Source: Octopus vulgaris
Lineage: Eukaryota
Reading direction: 5' to 3'
Length of the DNA stretch: 64,000 nucleotides
Assembly: GCA_951406725.2 (NCBI GenBank)
Contig: OX597819.1
Location: forward strand, 40,672,001 to 40,736,000
Positions 49,491 to 61,640 of this stretch are shown here, in pieces. The notes under the pieces are model-generated. The model did not search any database and was not told the origin of the DNA. It saw only the letters and a list, made by a program, of their open reading frames with translations. The position numbers and the translations under genes are program-made. Each line of letters begins with the position of its first letter. The first letter of the stretch is position 1.

Positions 49491-50481
49491 TATTAAATAT
49501 GTTTATTCTGAACACCTTTATTCTTTGGTTTAAAATTCTAACTTCCAAACCTGCCTTAGTTTAGCTTAATCTAGAAAGGATCATCTGCCCTATGATGGCT
49601 GACTATCAGGGCTACACCTGGTGTAAAAATAAAGGTGTTATAATAAAACCTTAAGGATTACGATTTACTTTTATGATTTGAAAGTAATTTACTCATTCAG
49701 ATGTATGGTATGGAAATATTGGTATCAAATTTTGGCATAAGGCCAGCAATTTCAGGGGCAGGGATCGGTTGATTATGCTGATCTCAGTGTTCAACTGGTA
49801 CTTATTTCAGTGACCCTGGAAAGATGAAAGGCAAAGTTGACCGTGGTGGAATTTGAACTCAGAATGTAATGATGGATGAAATGCCACTAAGCATTTTACC
49901 CAGTGTGCTAACAAATCTGCTAGCTCATTGCCTTATGTTATGGAAATATCAAAAAAATTGCAATGAGTACATGCCAGTAGCTGTATGGTTAAAAAGTTTA
50001 CTGCAGAATCACATAGATGTGGGTTTGATCTCACTGCACAGCACTAAGTGTCTTCCACAACAGCCTTGGGTTGACCACAATTGAGAGAAATTTGTAAGAC
50101 AGAAGATGAGTAGAAGCTCGAAGTATAATACGCACACACACGTGTGTGTGTGTGTATTCTGAAACAGTAATATTGTTAATAGTGACTTCGAAGTTTCATT
50201 GTCAGACTGTATTCTGATGGGGCTTAACAGGCTGAAATTTCAAAATCTCTGTTGTGTGTGTGTGTGTATGTGTGTGAGGTGTGTGTGTGTGTGTATTATA
50301 CATTGAGCTTCTACACATTTTGGCAGTGTCTTCTGCTGTAGCCCTGGGCCAATCAAAGCCTGGTGAGTATAGATGGAAGCTGAAAGAAGCCTGTGGTACA
50401 CATATAAAGATGTAATTATAGAAATACTCTGCCTGAATACTTTCAGAATAACAAGCACAGTTACAAGTGATTGGTACATAC

Positions 50482-50596
50482 CTGGCATCATAGGATCAAT
50501 ATTACCAAATGGTTTAGTAACAATGTAGAAATGTTCACAAGCATGTACAGGTACACGTACACGGGGAATGGTCCTTTTACCAATTTCTCGGGACCA
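50482..50596 (-). CDS. PDPR: PDPR-like exon (WSREIG...VPVHACEHFYIVTKPF...PMMP)
   Basis: ttccag acceptor and gtatgt donor. 115 nt, phase 0-1. Confidence 0.92.
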
Positions 50597-50699
50597 CTGG
50601 AAAATAATACATATAAAAATTAAAATTTGTTTCTCCAGCAAAGATTCTTGTGCTCTGTTTTTTTTTTTGTATGCAGTTTATTATTATTATTATTATTAT

Positions 50700-51041
50700 T
50701 GAGTGAGAGAGCAGTGCATGCCATCAAAGTGACACTGGGGTATGAATATATGAAGCCCAGTATACCCATCATGACTACCCGTCTGATAAGGGTACACTAG
50801 GCACATGCATCACAACCATATGTGCACAACATGGTGATCTCATATCAAGACAAACAGCATATGAACTTGCAGGTGGGGCCCAGTTGGAATTTTCTTCTGG
50901 TCGAGTAACTCATCCTGCTCAAAAGGTCCCTGAATAAGGGTTGTTTAAGGATGTTGAATGAAACACCCATGTTTCCAGAGGTGAATTATTCAAACCCCAA
51001 AGAATCCCTCTCAACACGTGGCTATGATGCTCCCCCACTAC

Positions 51042-51042
<1 letters not shown>
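50700..51042. repeat. Interspersed repeat fragment embedded in a (TTA)n microsatellite
   Basis: Unique-looking 340 bp flanked directly by (TAT)n on both sides. Family not assigned. Confidence 0.45.
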
Positions 51043-51072
<30 letters not shown>

Positions 51073-51431
51073 ATTATATCATATCATCATCACCATCTTA
51101 TTAATGTATAGCTAGGTGCAGACATAGTTCTATAATTAAGATGCTTGCTTCCCAAGCATGTGGTCTTTGGTTCAGTCCCACTGTGTGGCACATTGGGTAA
51201 GTATGTTCTATATCTTTGGGCTGACCAAAACCATGTGAGTGGATTTGATAGACAGAAACTGAATGAGGCCCATTATTTTGTGTGTGTGCGTGTGCGCACA
51301 TGTGTATGCATGTGTCTGCATGCATGTATGTGCATGTGTAGGAAAATCACCTTGCTTGGACACAGGCAATAAGGAAGAGCACCCAGCAGCAGAAGAAATG
51401 TGACGCAATAAATTCTGTCTGATTCATACAA

Positions 51432-51675
51432 TCTTCTTAATATATGAAACTGAGAATGTGTGTCTGTCTCTCTGTGTGAATCCCTAAAACTCGAGAACTA
51501 CACAACCAATTTCATTCAAATTTTACACATACCTTAGTTAGGGTACATGCAGTTTCATGGGCCAAAAAAATTTTCAACTTCTTGCCTAATGCAAGCCAGG
51601 AGCAATCTCTTATCTCTTACACTATTTCAGTATTACATGTCAAAAGTGAAACAATAAAATCTCTATTATAATGTG
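51432..51675 (+). mobile_element. Helitron-like 5' fragment
   Basis: A|TC...tatatgaaactgagaatgtgtgtctgtc, plus a ccaatttcattcaaattttacac motif resembling the 44815 element. No 3' CTAG seen. Confidence 0.45.
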
Positions 51676-51977
51676 GGAATCTCATACCATGCTGACCTTT
51701 GTGCAGCTCTGCAGTCTGAATGTTATAACCTCTCATAAACTAGTTTACATAGTCAATTGGCAACCTATTAGAAGGATACAAAATGAATAAAGCATAACAG
51801 ATAGCACATGACAATAAACAAACAGCTCTACCTCATTTATGTTGACCTGAAAAAATAGCTTCCCACAAATATCTATTATTTACAGGCTAATGGTTGGTGA
51901 GGAAGATACATATAACTAAGGAGTAACGGGAAGGCTATGGAGACAACATATTAGAGAGATAAAAGTAGATATATACA

Positions 51978-52242
51978 ATTGCAGCGTGGAAGGTGTTTGT
52001 AAGCCATTTAAGAAACACACAAAAGCCGTTCGATTCACTTCAACATTTAAGTTTAATTTGTCAAAATATTTTCGTCACTAAAATCCGCAACCTGTTCACT
52101 GACAAAAATCCATGCTGCAGTGAACAGGTCATGGTCTTAAAGCAACGAAAATATTTTGACAAATTAAACTTAAATGTTGAAGTGAATCGAACGGCTTTTG
52201 TGTGTTTCTTAAATGGCTTACAAACACCTTCCACGCTGCAAT
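51978..52242. repeat. Fold-back element, outer arms about 100 bp plus a 12-bp inner stem
   Basis: attgcagcgtggaagg...aatattttcg pairs with cgaaaatatt...ccttccacgctgcaat. Inner stem acctgttcactg/cagtgaacaggt. Confidence 0.92.
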
Positions 52243-53035
52243 AGTTTTCGTTCCAGCACACGATCTCAGATCGAGTACATCTCCGTAAAGTAGATATATA
52301 ATTGGCAATGAATTCAGTAATATGTTTAGAATACGTCAAAGTGTATTTTTGTGACTCTCTTTTTCCATTGTAATCATGTTTAAAATTTTTCATTGTTTAA
52401 TCAGGGGAAGAATAGTGCTCATGGACTTCTTCAGGGCCTCTGTGACTTATGGCAGGAAGAGAAATTGCTATCCTTAAATCAGAGAACTGACCTGGATGCT
52501 TGCAACAGAGGGAATTTTGCTAAAGGTTTCTAAGGGCTAGATGATGGTGTTGAACCAAGCAACAGACTGAATCTGTTATGCAAGAACATGAAAATGGTCT
52601 CACACTCAGATTTCCACTCAAATTTTCTGCCAATTAAATTTCACTCTCAAAGCTTTGTTTGATCTGAAGCTATGGTAAAAAACACTTTACATGCTAAGAA
52701 CCAAACTCTATGTAAATGCAAAGCAAATTCCTTCACAAAAATGTTCTGTGCTAAATTACACCTGCTGAAGTGTTAACTTGGGCTCCCAATTCCTAATGGA
52801 GTCACTGGACATTTTTAGATTCGACCATCCCTAGGTCTAACCACAACAAATTCCTTCAAGAGAGAATGTATGTGTGTATGCATGTGTGTGTGTGTGTGTG
52901 TGTACGTGTGCATGCGTGTATATATTTAAATGCAGAGCAATAAGAAAATGGAAGGGATCAATAGGTGGTCCATCAACTTTTAGAGATTATATTATGTTAA
53001 CTTATATAGATTAATATGTACATATATCTATATGT

Positions 53036-53097
<62 letters not shown>

Positions 53098-53311
53098 GTA
53101 TACATACATATATCATCATCATCATTGTTTAACGTCTGTTTTCCGTGCTAACATGGGTTGGACAGTCCGACCAGGGTCTGGGAAGCCAGGAGACTGCACC
53201 AGGCTCCAGTCTGATCTGGCAGTGTTTCTAGAGCTGGATGCCCTTCCTAAGGCCAACCACTCCGTGATTGTAGTGGGTGCTTTTTATGTGCCACCAGCAC
53301 AGAACCCAGTG

Positions 53312-53345
<34 letters not shown>

Positions 53346-53784
53346 AGAGAGAGATCACTGAACTCTGGATTCTCATTCCTAAGGTATTTTTTGATGTTAT
53401 TATTATTATTCAGGTAACTGCCTGGAGTTGAACTTGGAATCTTAGGGTCAGTAGCCTACGCTTTTAACCACTATGCCATATGGTTATTAGTTTGCTAAAG
53501 AAGGGGCTTAGATCAGTGCCACACCGATACGTAGCAAATTTCCAGGAAAGAAAGAAGCATTATGAAATGCTTATGTAATATTGTATTATTTGTTTACAAA
53601 ATAAACATGAAATTTTTTTAAATAGCCAACTTTTATTATATTCATTATATAAAAAAGCACCATCCGACGTCTTCGTGGCGTCGCCGTCGCTCGCCGCCGG
53701 CGTCCGCTCGGCCGGTTCGGGGGCAGCACATCCGCGCCCGTCCCTTCCGGTCACGACGATACGGTCGGCCTTCCGCATTGGTCG

Positions 53785-54030
53785 CGGCGCAAATATTAGA
53801 CTGAGACCGACGCATAGATGCACACTGCATTGACAACAGATTGCATTCCCAGAATATAGAATGATACCTTTTAGTGAGCACATTGAGAGATGCGCAAAGC
53901 AACTACTACCACAATTTTTAATCTTTCCATTTTACCAATGTGCTTTCGGATCATCAACATAAATTAGACTAAACAAGGAAACATTCTTCATTGAAAAGTA
54001 CAAGCCCAGACTCAACCATCCGAACATACT
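53785..54030 (+). mobile_element. Degenerate GIY-YIG C-terminus of another Penelope-like family
   Basis: Frame reads HRCTLH*QQIAFPEYRMIPFSEHIERCAK...FLIFPFYQC...RLNKETFFIEKYKPRLN (R..H, H, E..FI....P.LN pattern) with in-frame stops. Confidence 0.65.
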
Positions 54031-54719
54031 GATACAGAGAAATTCACACCAAGGGAAAGGAAAAATTTTTAAGCGATTATCTCCCTTACACCGGAAGAAA
54101 TCACTCACTACCTTCCCTTATTTAGAACTCTCCTGAACATAAACATAACGAAAACTCTATTCAACATAAACATAACGTCGCAAGAAATTTGAAAAGCTAC
54201 ACGCGAAACCGGTCTTTCTTTTAAATTATGTCATTATAAGAGAAAAAAAAAAAAAAATTTTCTAATATTCTTCAGACATATTGACGCAAATATATATATT
54301 TTTTAACATTTATGCCTTCTGTAGTTTTTTCACTCTTTACTATTTTCTATATATATATATATACTTCCCAGATACCTGGTCGAACCGTCCAACCCATGCT
54401 AGCATGGAGAACGGACGCTAAACGATGATGATGATGATGATGATATATAGATGAGCATCTTTCAGTTTCTGTCTAACAAATCCACTCACATGACATCGGT
54501 CAGTCAGAAGCTGTAGTAGAAAACACTTGCTCAAAGCACCATGCAGTAGGACTAAACCCCAGACCCATATGATTGCAAAGCGAACTCCTGGACCACATAT
54601 GAAATGAAATAGTTACCTGGAACCCCCCCACCAAAAAAAAACAAAAGAACAAAACAAAATGGTTTGTCACATGAATGGAAATGTGCAAGAATACTTATAC
54701 TTAATTCGTCTTAACTCAC

Positions 54720-54841
54720 CATTCCTGCACAATTGACGAAATATTCACACCGGATTTTGCCATGGCTTGTTAACACAGTTGATACTTTGAGGTTTTCTGT
54801 TGGGATTTGGAAAACCTGGATACCTTCAAAAATTTTAACAC
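54720..54841 (-). CDS. PDPR: PDPR-like exon (GVKIFEG...GKIRCEYFVNCAGM)
   Basis: ccatag acceptor and gtgagt donor. 122 nt, phase 1-0. Carries the VNCAG motif. Confidence 0.92.
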
Positions 54842-55758
54842 CTATGGAGGCAAATAATAAGAGTTTAATTACATTTTGAAACAAAAACAACATATTTTAA
54901 ATTTGAGAACTTTGTTATTAGATTTTGGTAAAAATAACTAGGTATCATCATCATCATCATTGTTTAACGTCTGTTTTCCATGCTGGCATGGGTTGGATGG
55001 TTTGAGTGGGGACTGGCAACCAGGAGGCTGTGCCAGGCTCCAATCTGATCTGAATCAGATGCCCTTCCTAACATCAACCATTCCAAGAGTGTAGTGGGTG
55101 CTTTTTATGTGCCACCAGCACGGGAGCCAGTCAGGTGGCACTGGCATCAGCCACATTTGGATGGTGCTTTTTACATGCCACCAGTACAGGAGCCAGTTGG
55201 GGCATGGTGGTGGTTGGGGGAAGGCTGGCATCGACCACGTTCAGATGGTACTTTTTATATGTCACTTGAACAGGGAGCCAGTCAGGCGACACTAGCAATG
55301 ACCCATGCATGAATAGGGCTTATTGCATGCCACCAGCATAGGAGCCCAGTCAGGTGGCACTGGCAACGGCAACAACTACAATTTCCATTTGATTGAGATT
55401 CTGATTGTGATATTGATTTTGATTTTTGATTTTATTTGACTCAATAAGTTTCCTCAAGCATAGTGTGTCACCCAACAATTCAAAGGTACTTTTTAAATGG
55501 GCTGGTTATTATATATAGTTATAACATTCTATGGAATCTAGGCACATCAACATGTAGGATGCCAGAAATGGCTAGGTACAATAACATAAAGTTCACAGTG
55601 AAGTAGAAGGATCCTGTAGGTATCATATGTTTGGGGGATACTGCAGATATGTAGGTACCAAAACCAATTTAAATCATAGAACTGATTGAGTGCAGGTTCT
55701 AGATGTGGCATAGATATGTGTTTAAACACACACATATATTTATTCACATATATATATA

Positions 55759-56135
55759 CACTTGCGTCAGAAATTAATTAGCACTTCTCAAATTTCTACA
55801 TTAAATAGGTTAAATCAATTAACCTATGAGCTGTTCAAAACGTCTTACGCGATGAGAAAACTTAGTATGGTGTGATTTCGGTCCTTGCGAGGTGCTACCT
55901 ATATCTATTAAACAAAGGAAGATTTGTCTGCATCCGCACTCCAAGTTGTTGCACTGCTATGTCAACATCATAAGGCTGTAGACTCTCAAACTGCTCTGAA
56001 AACAAAGTTACGTCATTGTTCTGCGCAACAGTGAACTCGCAACAAAGCAATAGTTCGAGATATGGCCACTAGGTGACAGCACATACCTTGAGTGAAGAGC
56101 AAATCAAGGGTGCTAATTAATTTCTGACGCATGTG
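55759..56135. mobile_element. Tc1-type MITE
   Basis: 26-bp TIR cacttgcgtcagaaattaattagcac (1 mismatch) with TA flanks. Confidence 0.8.
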
Positions 56136-56412
56136 TATATCTATCACAGTATTGACCCAATGATCAGATGTTGTTATACATTGCTGGTGGCATTGCGCTT
56201 TGCATTGTTTTAGCCTTTGAATGATGTCACACATGTGACAGGCTTCTTTCAGTTTTCATGTCTGGACTCCCCTATACAGAAAACATTTACAAATTTAAAG
56301 ATGATGTCACTTATGTTTCTTTGTATCAAAATGAAAACTTTAAAACTTTTTCATAGATTTTTCTGTGTTAGCATGGGCTGGATGTGTTTTTCAAATTCCA
56401 CACATAGATATA

Positions 56413-57278
56413 CAGGTTGTGGTGAATAAACTGTCATATAAATTACGCAAAAATGAAAATTACACTGACAACTCATTTTGACATATATTTTCCAAAATTA
56501 TATAAAAATATCTTGAAAGACTAAAGAGTAAATTTATTCAATAAAATCGCCATTGGTTTCAATCATGGCTTCCAGATGACTTTGGAATCTCCTGCTACTC
56601 TTCTGGATGGTCTCCTTGTTTAAGTTGGTGAATGCTGCCATAATCCTTGCCTTCAGTTCATCTTTGGTGTTACAAGAAGCTTTGTTGGTTTCTTGCTCAA
56701 CTGTGCCCCACACATAATAATGAAGGGGGTTGCAGTCTGGGGAGTTAAGTGGCCAGATGTTAGGGGTGATGTGGTCACAGAAATTGTCTGACAGCCATGA
56801 CTGGGTTCTCCTGCTTGTGTGGCATGGTGCAGAGTCCTGTTGCCAGACATAGGATCTTCCAGCAGTCACCCTCTTGACCCAGGGCAGCACTACCTCCTCC
56901 AGGCACTTGATGTAGGCCTGTGTCTTGAGTCTGAGGCCGTGTGGGAAGATGAATGGAAGTAGAATGTTGCCATCACTAGTGTACACTCGAAACACCATGA
57001 TGTTGACTGGATGTTTGATTTTTAGGTATCCAAATCCTCTGCACTGTCCTCAGATTAACACCCAAACACTCTGAAATGTTCATATTGGAGCTTCTAGTGT
57101 GACAGCATGCCGTTTCCAAATTTCTGGCAGAATGAATTGTGTCATGGGTGCTGTTTTTCTTACAGACAGTGCCCAACTGACTCTACCATACAGTGTAGTT
57201 AACAAAATAAAAAAACAAACAAACCACATGCTTTAAATTAAAAATATAAAATGGCAACAATTTACCCATTACACCTTG
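56413..57278 (-). mobile_element. Deleted Tc1/mariner element, DD37D (maT-like) transposase remnant
   Basis: WQQDSAPCH...WPLNSPDCNPL(H)YYVWG has 37 residues between the second Asp and the third-Asp position (here His). Imperfect TIRs and TA flanks. Confidence 0.82.
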
Positions 57279-58654
57279 TACATGCACATATATGCAAACA
57301 AGCACACATACACATGCATATATACATGCACATACTTGTACGCATACATACAATTCAATTTAGAGTGAAGAGGAATAGATTATTTTTTTTATTCATCTTT
57401 TTTTTTTTAGTTTTTTACTTGTTTCACTCTTTGGAGTCAGACTTAATTTTAACTCTGGTACTTTTTCTATTGGAGTTTTTTGCCGAACCACTAAGTCATG
57501 AGGATGTAAACAAATAAACATCCATTATTAAGTGTTGAAGGGGGAACAACCACAAAGACACACACACACACACACATTATATGACAAGCTTTCACACAGT
57601 TTCCAGCTCCCAAATTCACTCTAAATGCATTACCTGATCTAGGACTGTAGCAGAAGACACTTGGCTAAGAAGTCACACAGTGGAACTGAACCCAAGACCA
57701 CATGACTGCAAAGCAAGCCCCTTAACCACAGAGCCATGCCATTCTTGTTTTTAAATTAAAATATTGTGCAAGGAAAAAAATTTATACAACACAGACACAT
57801 GTGTATCCACCCACATCATCATCATCATTGTTCGACCGTGGTCGAGACAATGGAATTTACCATGCTACGCCAGACTTCACAGTCCATCATAGCATTGCGG
57901 AGGTCCTGTTGCTGGATGCCTGTATCCCTGAAGATTACATCAGAATGCTTTACTATATTTGTCTTGATTCTATTTGTTCTGAGTTCAAATCCCACTGAAG
58001 CCAACTGTACCTTTCATCCTTTCACTGTTGATAAAAAAGCAGCAATCCAGGATGGTGGCTGAGCAGAACTAAAAAAAAACTCATCCCAGATGCTTCTGCA
58101 TATTTGCTGAAGCTTTTTGCATTCTGAGCATTAATTAAGCTACGACATATGTGAAATGTAGACTGAAAGCATTGTGCAGTACTTTGGGTACCTTTTGTGA
58201 ACCTCATTTTATAACAAGTAACTGGATCAAACCTCTTGCACCACTCTTATTTCTTTATTACCCACAAGGGGCTAAACACAGAGGAGACAAACAAGGACAG
58301 AAAAACGGATTAAGTTGATTACATCAACCCCAGTGCACCACTGGTACTTAATTTATCAACCCTGAAAGGATGAAAGGCAAAGTCAACCTCGGCAGAATTT
58401 GAGCTCAGAACACAGTGGCGGATGAAATACCACAAAGCATTTCACCCGGCATGCTAACATTCCTCTTGCACCATTCTTGTAGGCCCTATAAAGTGTCATG
58501 GGTACTGACTTCTCTTCTCTTTGAAAGATAAGAAAAAAAAAAAAACCGTATATGCCAAAAGTACATGGTTGGGAAGTCAGCTTCTTAACCACACAGCCAT
58601 GCCTGTGCATCTACAAAAGTGTCAAAGCAGTAAAGAATTCTTGAAATGACTCAC

Positions 58655-58736
58655 CTTTTTCTTTTGCTAGCTTAGCATAGACCATGAGAAGGTCAGTAGG
58701 ATTAACAACACCATCACCAGGTACCCATAAAGCACC
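58655..58736 (-). CDS. PDPR: PDPR-like exon (GALWVPGDGVVNPTDLLMVYAKLAKEK)
   Basis: tttcag acceptor and gtgagt donor. 82 nt, phase 0-1. Confidence 0.92.
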
Positions 58737-59420
58737 CTGAAAGAGAGAAAGAGAGAAATTATCTTTTATATGTGTGTGCATGTGCATGTACATACATACA
58801 TAAATACATTTATGTATATATATATTATATATATGTATATATATCCAACCCATGTCAGCATGGAAGGCAGACATTAAACGATGATGATGATGATCATCAT
58901 CATATCATCATCATCGTTGTTTAATGTCTGCCTTCCATGCTACCATGGGTGGGATGGTGATGATAATATATATGTGTGTGTCTGTGTATGTGTGTCTATC
59001 TTCAGAAAGAATGAAAGTGACAAACAGACAGGGGAGGTGGAAAATTTAGCTATAAAGTGAGAAAATAATTATTAGGGAAATTCATGAATACAGAAATGAT
59101 TGAATGAAATTAGCAAAAGGACTAGTGAAAACTAGTAGAGAAAATAACCGTTTAACAGCAATGAATGATACTTTAAGATGAGACAGTTGTAATATATGAG
59201 GATCATTGTATATAAAGTACCATGATTTGTTAGAACAAAGTTATTTTAGGCCAAAATAGATCACTTGGTATCTTAGACTTCTATCATAAATTTACCCACA
59301 TCTAGGGTTCACTTATAGGAACATTAAATTGCACTTAGCAAGTTACTTTATCTTATCAATCCTGAAGGGATTAAAGGTGGAGTTGACCGTGGCAAACTTT
59401 GAATGCAGAGAATGTAAATA

Positions 59421-59991
59421 TTGGGTTGTCCGGAAAATTTGTGCTGATTTATAGTAGCTTACCTTTCAACTTATTTTAGAACATGGTTGAGTCCATAAAA
59501 TAGGATTTGACTACACCTCCATTTAGAGCACAGTTTAAGCTATCTTTTTGTGGAAGAAGGTTTATGTTTCTATAACCTGTGTTAATTCTGTAACCCTTTA
59601 AAATGGAAGATAAGAAAGTTCGGAAGATAAAAAAGTTCATTTTCGGCACTTGATGCTTTGGGAACCAGACAAAAATTGATGTAGCTTGGCTGGGATGTGT
59701 TACCCCACCCTCCATATTCACCAGATATTGTTCCTTTGGATTTCCACTTATTCAGGTCTCTTAATGGTAAAAATTTCAATTCCTTGGATGATGTAAAAAG
59801 ATACCTTGATGAATTCTTTGCCATGAAACCACTTCAATTCTGGGAAGATGGTATTTTCAAGTTAAAGGAAAGATGGAGACGCATTGTGCAAAACAATGGT
59901 TCATATTTGGTTGATTAAAAATGTTATGGCATGTATTCATTGACTTTTTTCTTTCCTTTAAAAATTGGCATGAACTTTCCAGACAACCCAA
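59421..59991 (+). mobile_element. Internally deleted mariner (DD34D-type C-terminus)
   Basis: TA|ttgggttgtccggaaa...tttccagacaacccaa|TA. Encodes HPPYSPD..P.DFHLFRSL and GI.KL.ERW. Confidence 0.85.
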
Positions 59992-60430
59992 TAGTAACAG
60001 CTGAATGTTGCAAGGCAATTTGTCCCATGTTGTGACAATTGTTCATATTTACAAGAGTAGTTGTTAGGATCCTAGCTTAGAAAACATGGTGACATGCATA
60101 GAAGAATCTAAGGGTGAAAGTATACAAGGATATGGGTTTGCAAAATGTAAATCCTTCCAATCATCTCAAAATATGGATAAGTTGATGATGATCCTTATCC
60201 TATTTGTGGTACTGATAGTAGCAACAATGGATATTTTAAAAATTTGGTCAGCATTAGGAAAGGCATCCAGAAATAGAAACCATATCAAACTTTAAAAACA
60301 AAACAACAAAAACAAAGCAAAACAAAACAAAATGAAAATAAAAAAAAACACGAGAAAGACATAGTCTCCTGACCTATCTGAGAGGACAATAACTTTGAAT
60401 AATAACCAACTCAAAGAAAGAATTAGTTAC

Positions 60431-60512
60431 CTCGAGATCTTCATGACGGATTTCTGGACATTTATCTTTAACCTCTTTAGCAGTAATAATGTGTGCTTCT
60501 GGACCATTTTGT
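60431..60512 (-). CDS. PDPR: PDPR-like exon (QNGPEAHIITAKEVKDKCPEIRHEDLE)
   Basis: cccag acceptor and gtaact donor. 82 nt, phase 2-0. Confidence 0.88.
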
Positions 60513-61558
60513 CTGGGAGTAAATAACAATAACATTTAGTATTGTCAAATAGTTATCTTTTAGTCAGTCTTTCAGACAAATAAAAAGATGCAAAAAAGAA
60601 GATATTTAAAGTTAATTAGCTATTTTGTTTCATTATATTGTTTATACAGGCACAGTAACCTAGGGTAGTTTTGAAGTGGTTTATATGATCGGAAATATAA
60701 TTTCAAAGTGCTCATAGCGAGGATCTGATCAAAGACTTTGCAATTTAAAAACAGGTGAAAACCTTTCAAATATAAATAAAGTGGAAATATACAAAAATAA
60801 ACATTATTTTCCATCTTACTGTTAGTTTTTTCTCATTTTAAAAAATAAAAATTTATTTTATGGCTATTATTGTTTTATATATTGACTGACATATATATGG
60901 GGGAGCCAAAATCTTTAATGTGCTTAGGACCTTTATGGGTCTTAATCCGGCCCTGTGACTACTCACTCTATTGGTCACATTGCTGTGTACTGATGGTGAC
61001 ATTGTAGAGTAGTGACAGAATGTTTTCCATTGCAAGGTACAGGGTAACCTCACAAGGGCTGGTGCCACAATAAAATGCATCCAGTACACTCTGTAAAGTG
61101 ATTGGTAAATAAGTGGAGACATAGATTCAAGAGAACTCTTAGACTTGATAAAGGCATGACAATTTCTCTGGTGCTAATGCTATGATAAAATGCACTCACT
61201 ACACTCTGTAAAGTGGTTGGATTAGGAAGGGCATCCAGCCATAGAAATCATGCCAAACTTAAAATGTATGAGAGAGATGTGGTTTCCTCAGTCCATCTAA
61301 GAGGATAATAACTCTGAATAAAAACAAGCACAAACTGAGATAATTCAATTCAGTCCATACCAGTATGGATTAAAAATGTAAAAAGATAATTTAATTTAAT
61401 TTATCACTATATTTACCACTTACTAGTTATTACAATTAGAACCAGTTTATAAGAGTGATAACATACAGTTGAGAGGGAGTTAACATCAACAAGAAGGGCC
61501 ACTATACAAAGGGATAAATGTACAATTTGGCAAAAAAAAAATATACTTTAATATTTAC

Positions 61559-61640
61559 TTGGCTCTAGCCTCTGCTCGTTGGAAGTAGATGAGTCGGTCT
61601 TTAGAGCGAGCTAATTGCAAGCTCCCACACTGCTTCCAAC
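61559..61640 (-). CDS. PDPR: PDPR-like exon (GWKQCGSLQLARSKDRLIYFQRAEARA); first exon inside the window
   Basis: ttttcag acceptor and gtaaat donor. 82 nt, phase 1-2. Motif typical of the PDPR/sarcosine-dehydrogenase FAD domain. Confidence 0.9.

Noticed and set aside
50205-50246. attCTGATGG-ggcttaacaggct-GAAAtttc hammerhead-like motif (also a CTGATGA on the minus strand at about 1343-1349)
   Set aside because: Core mismatch and no stable stems I/III. At most a decayed PLE tail.
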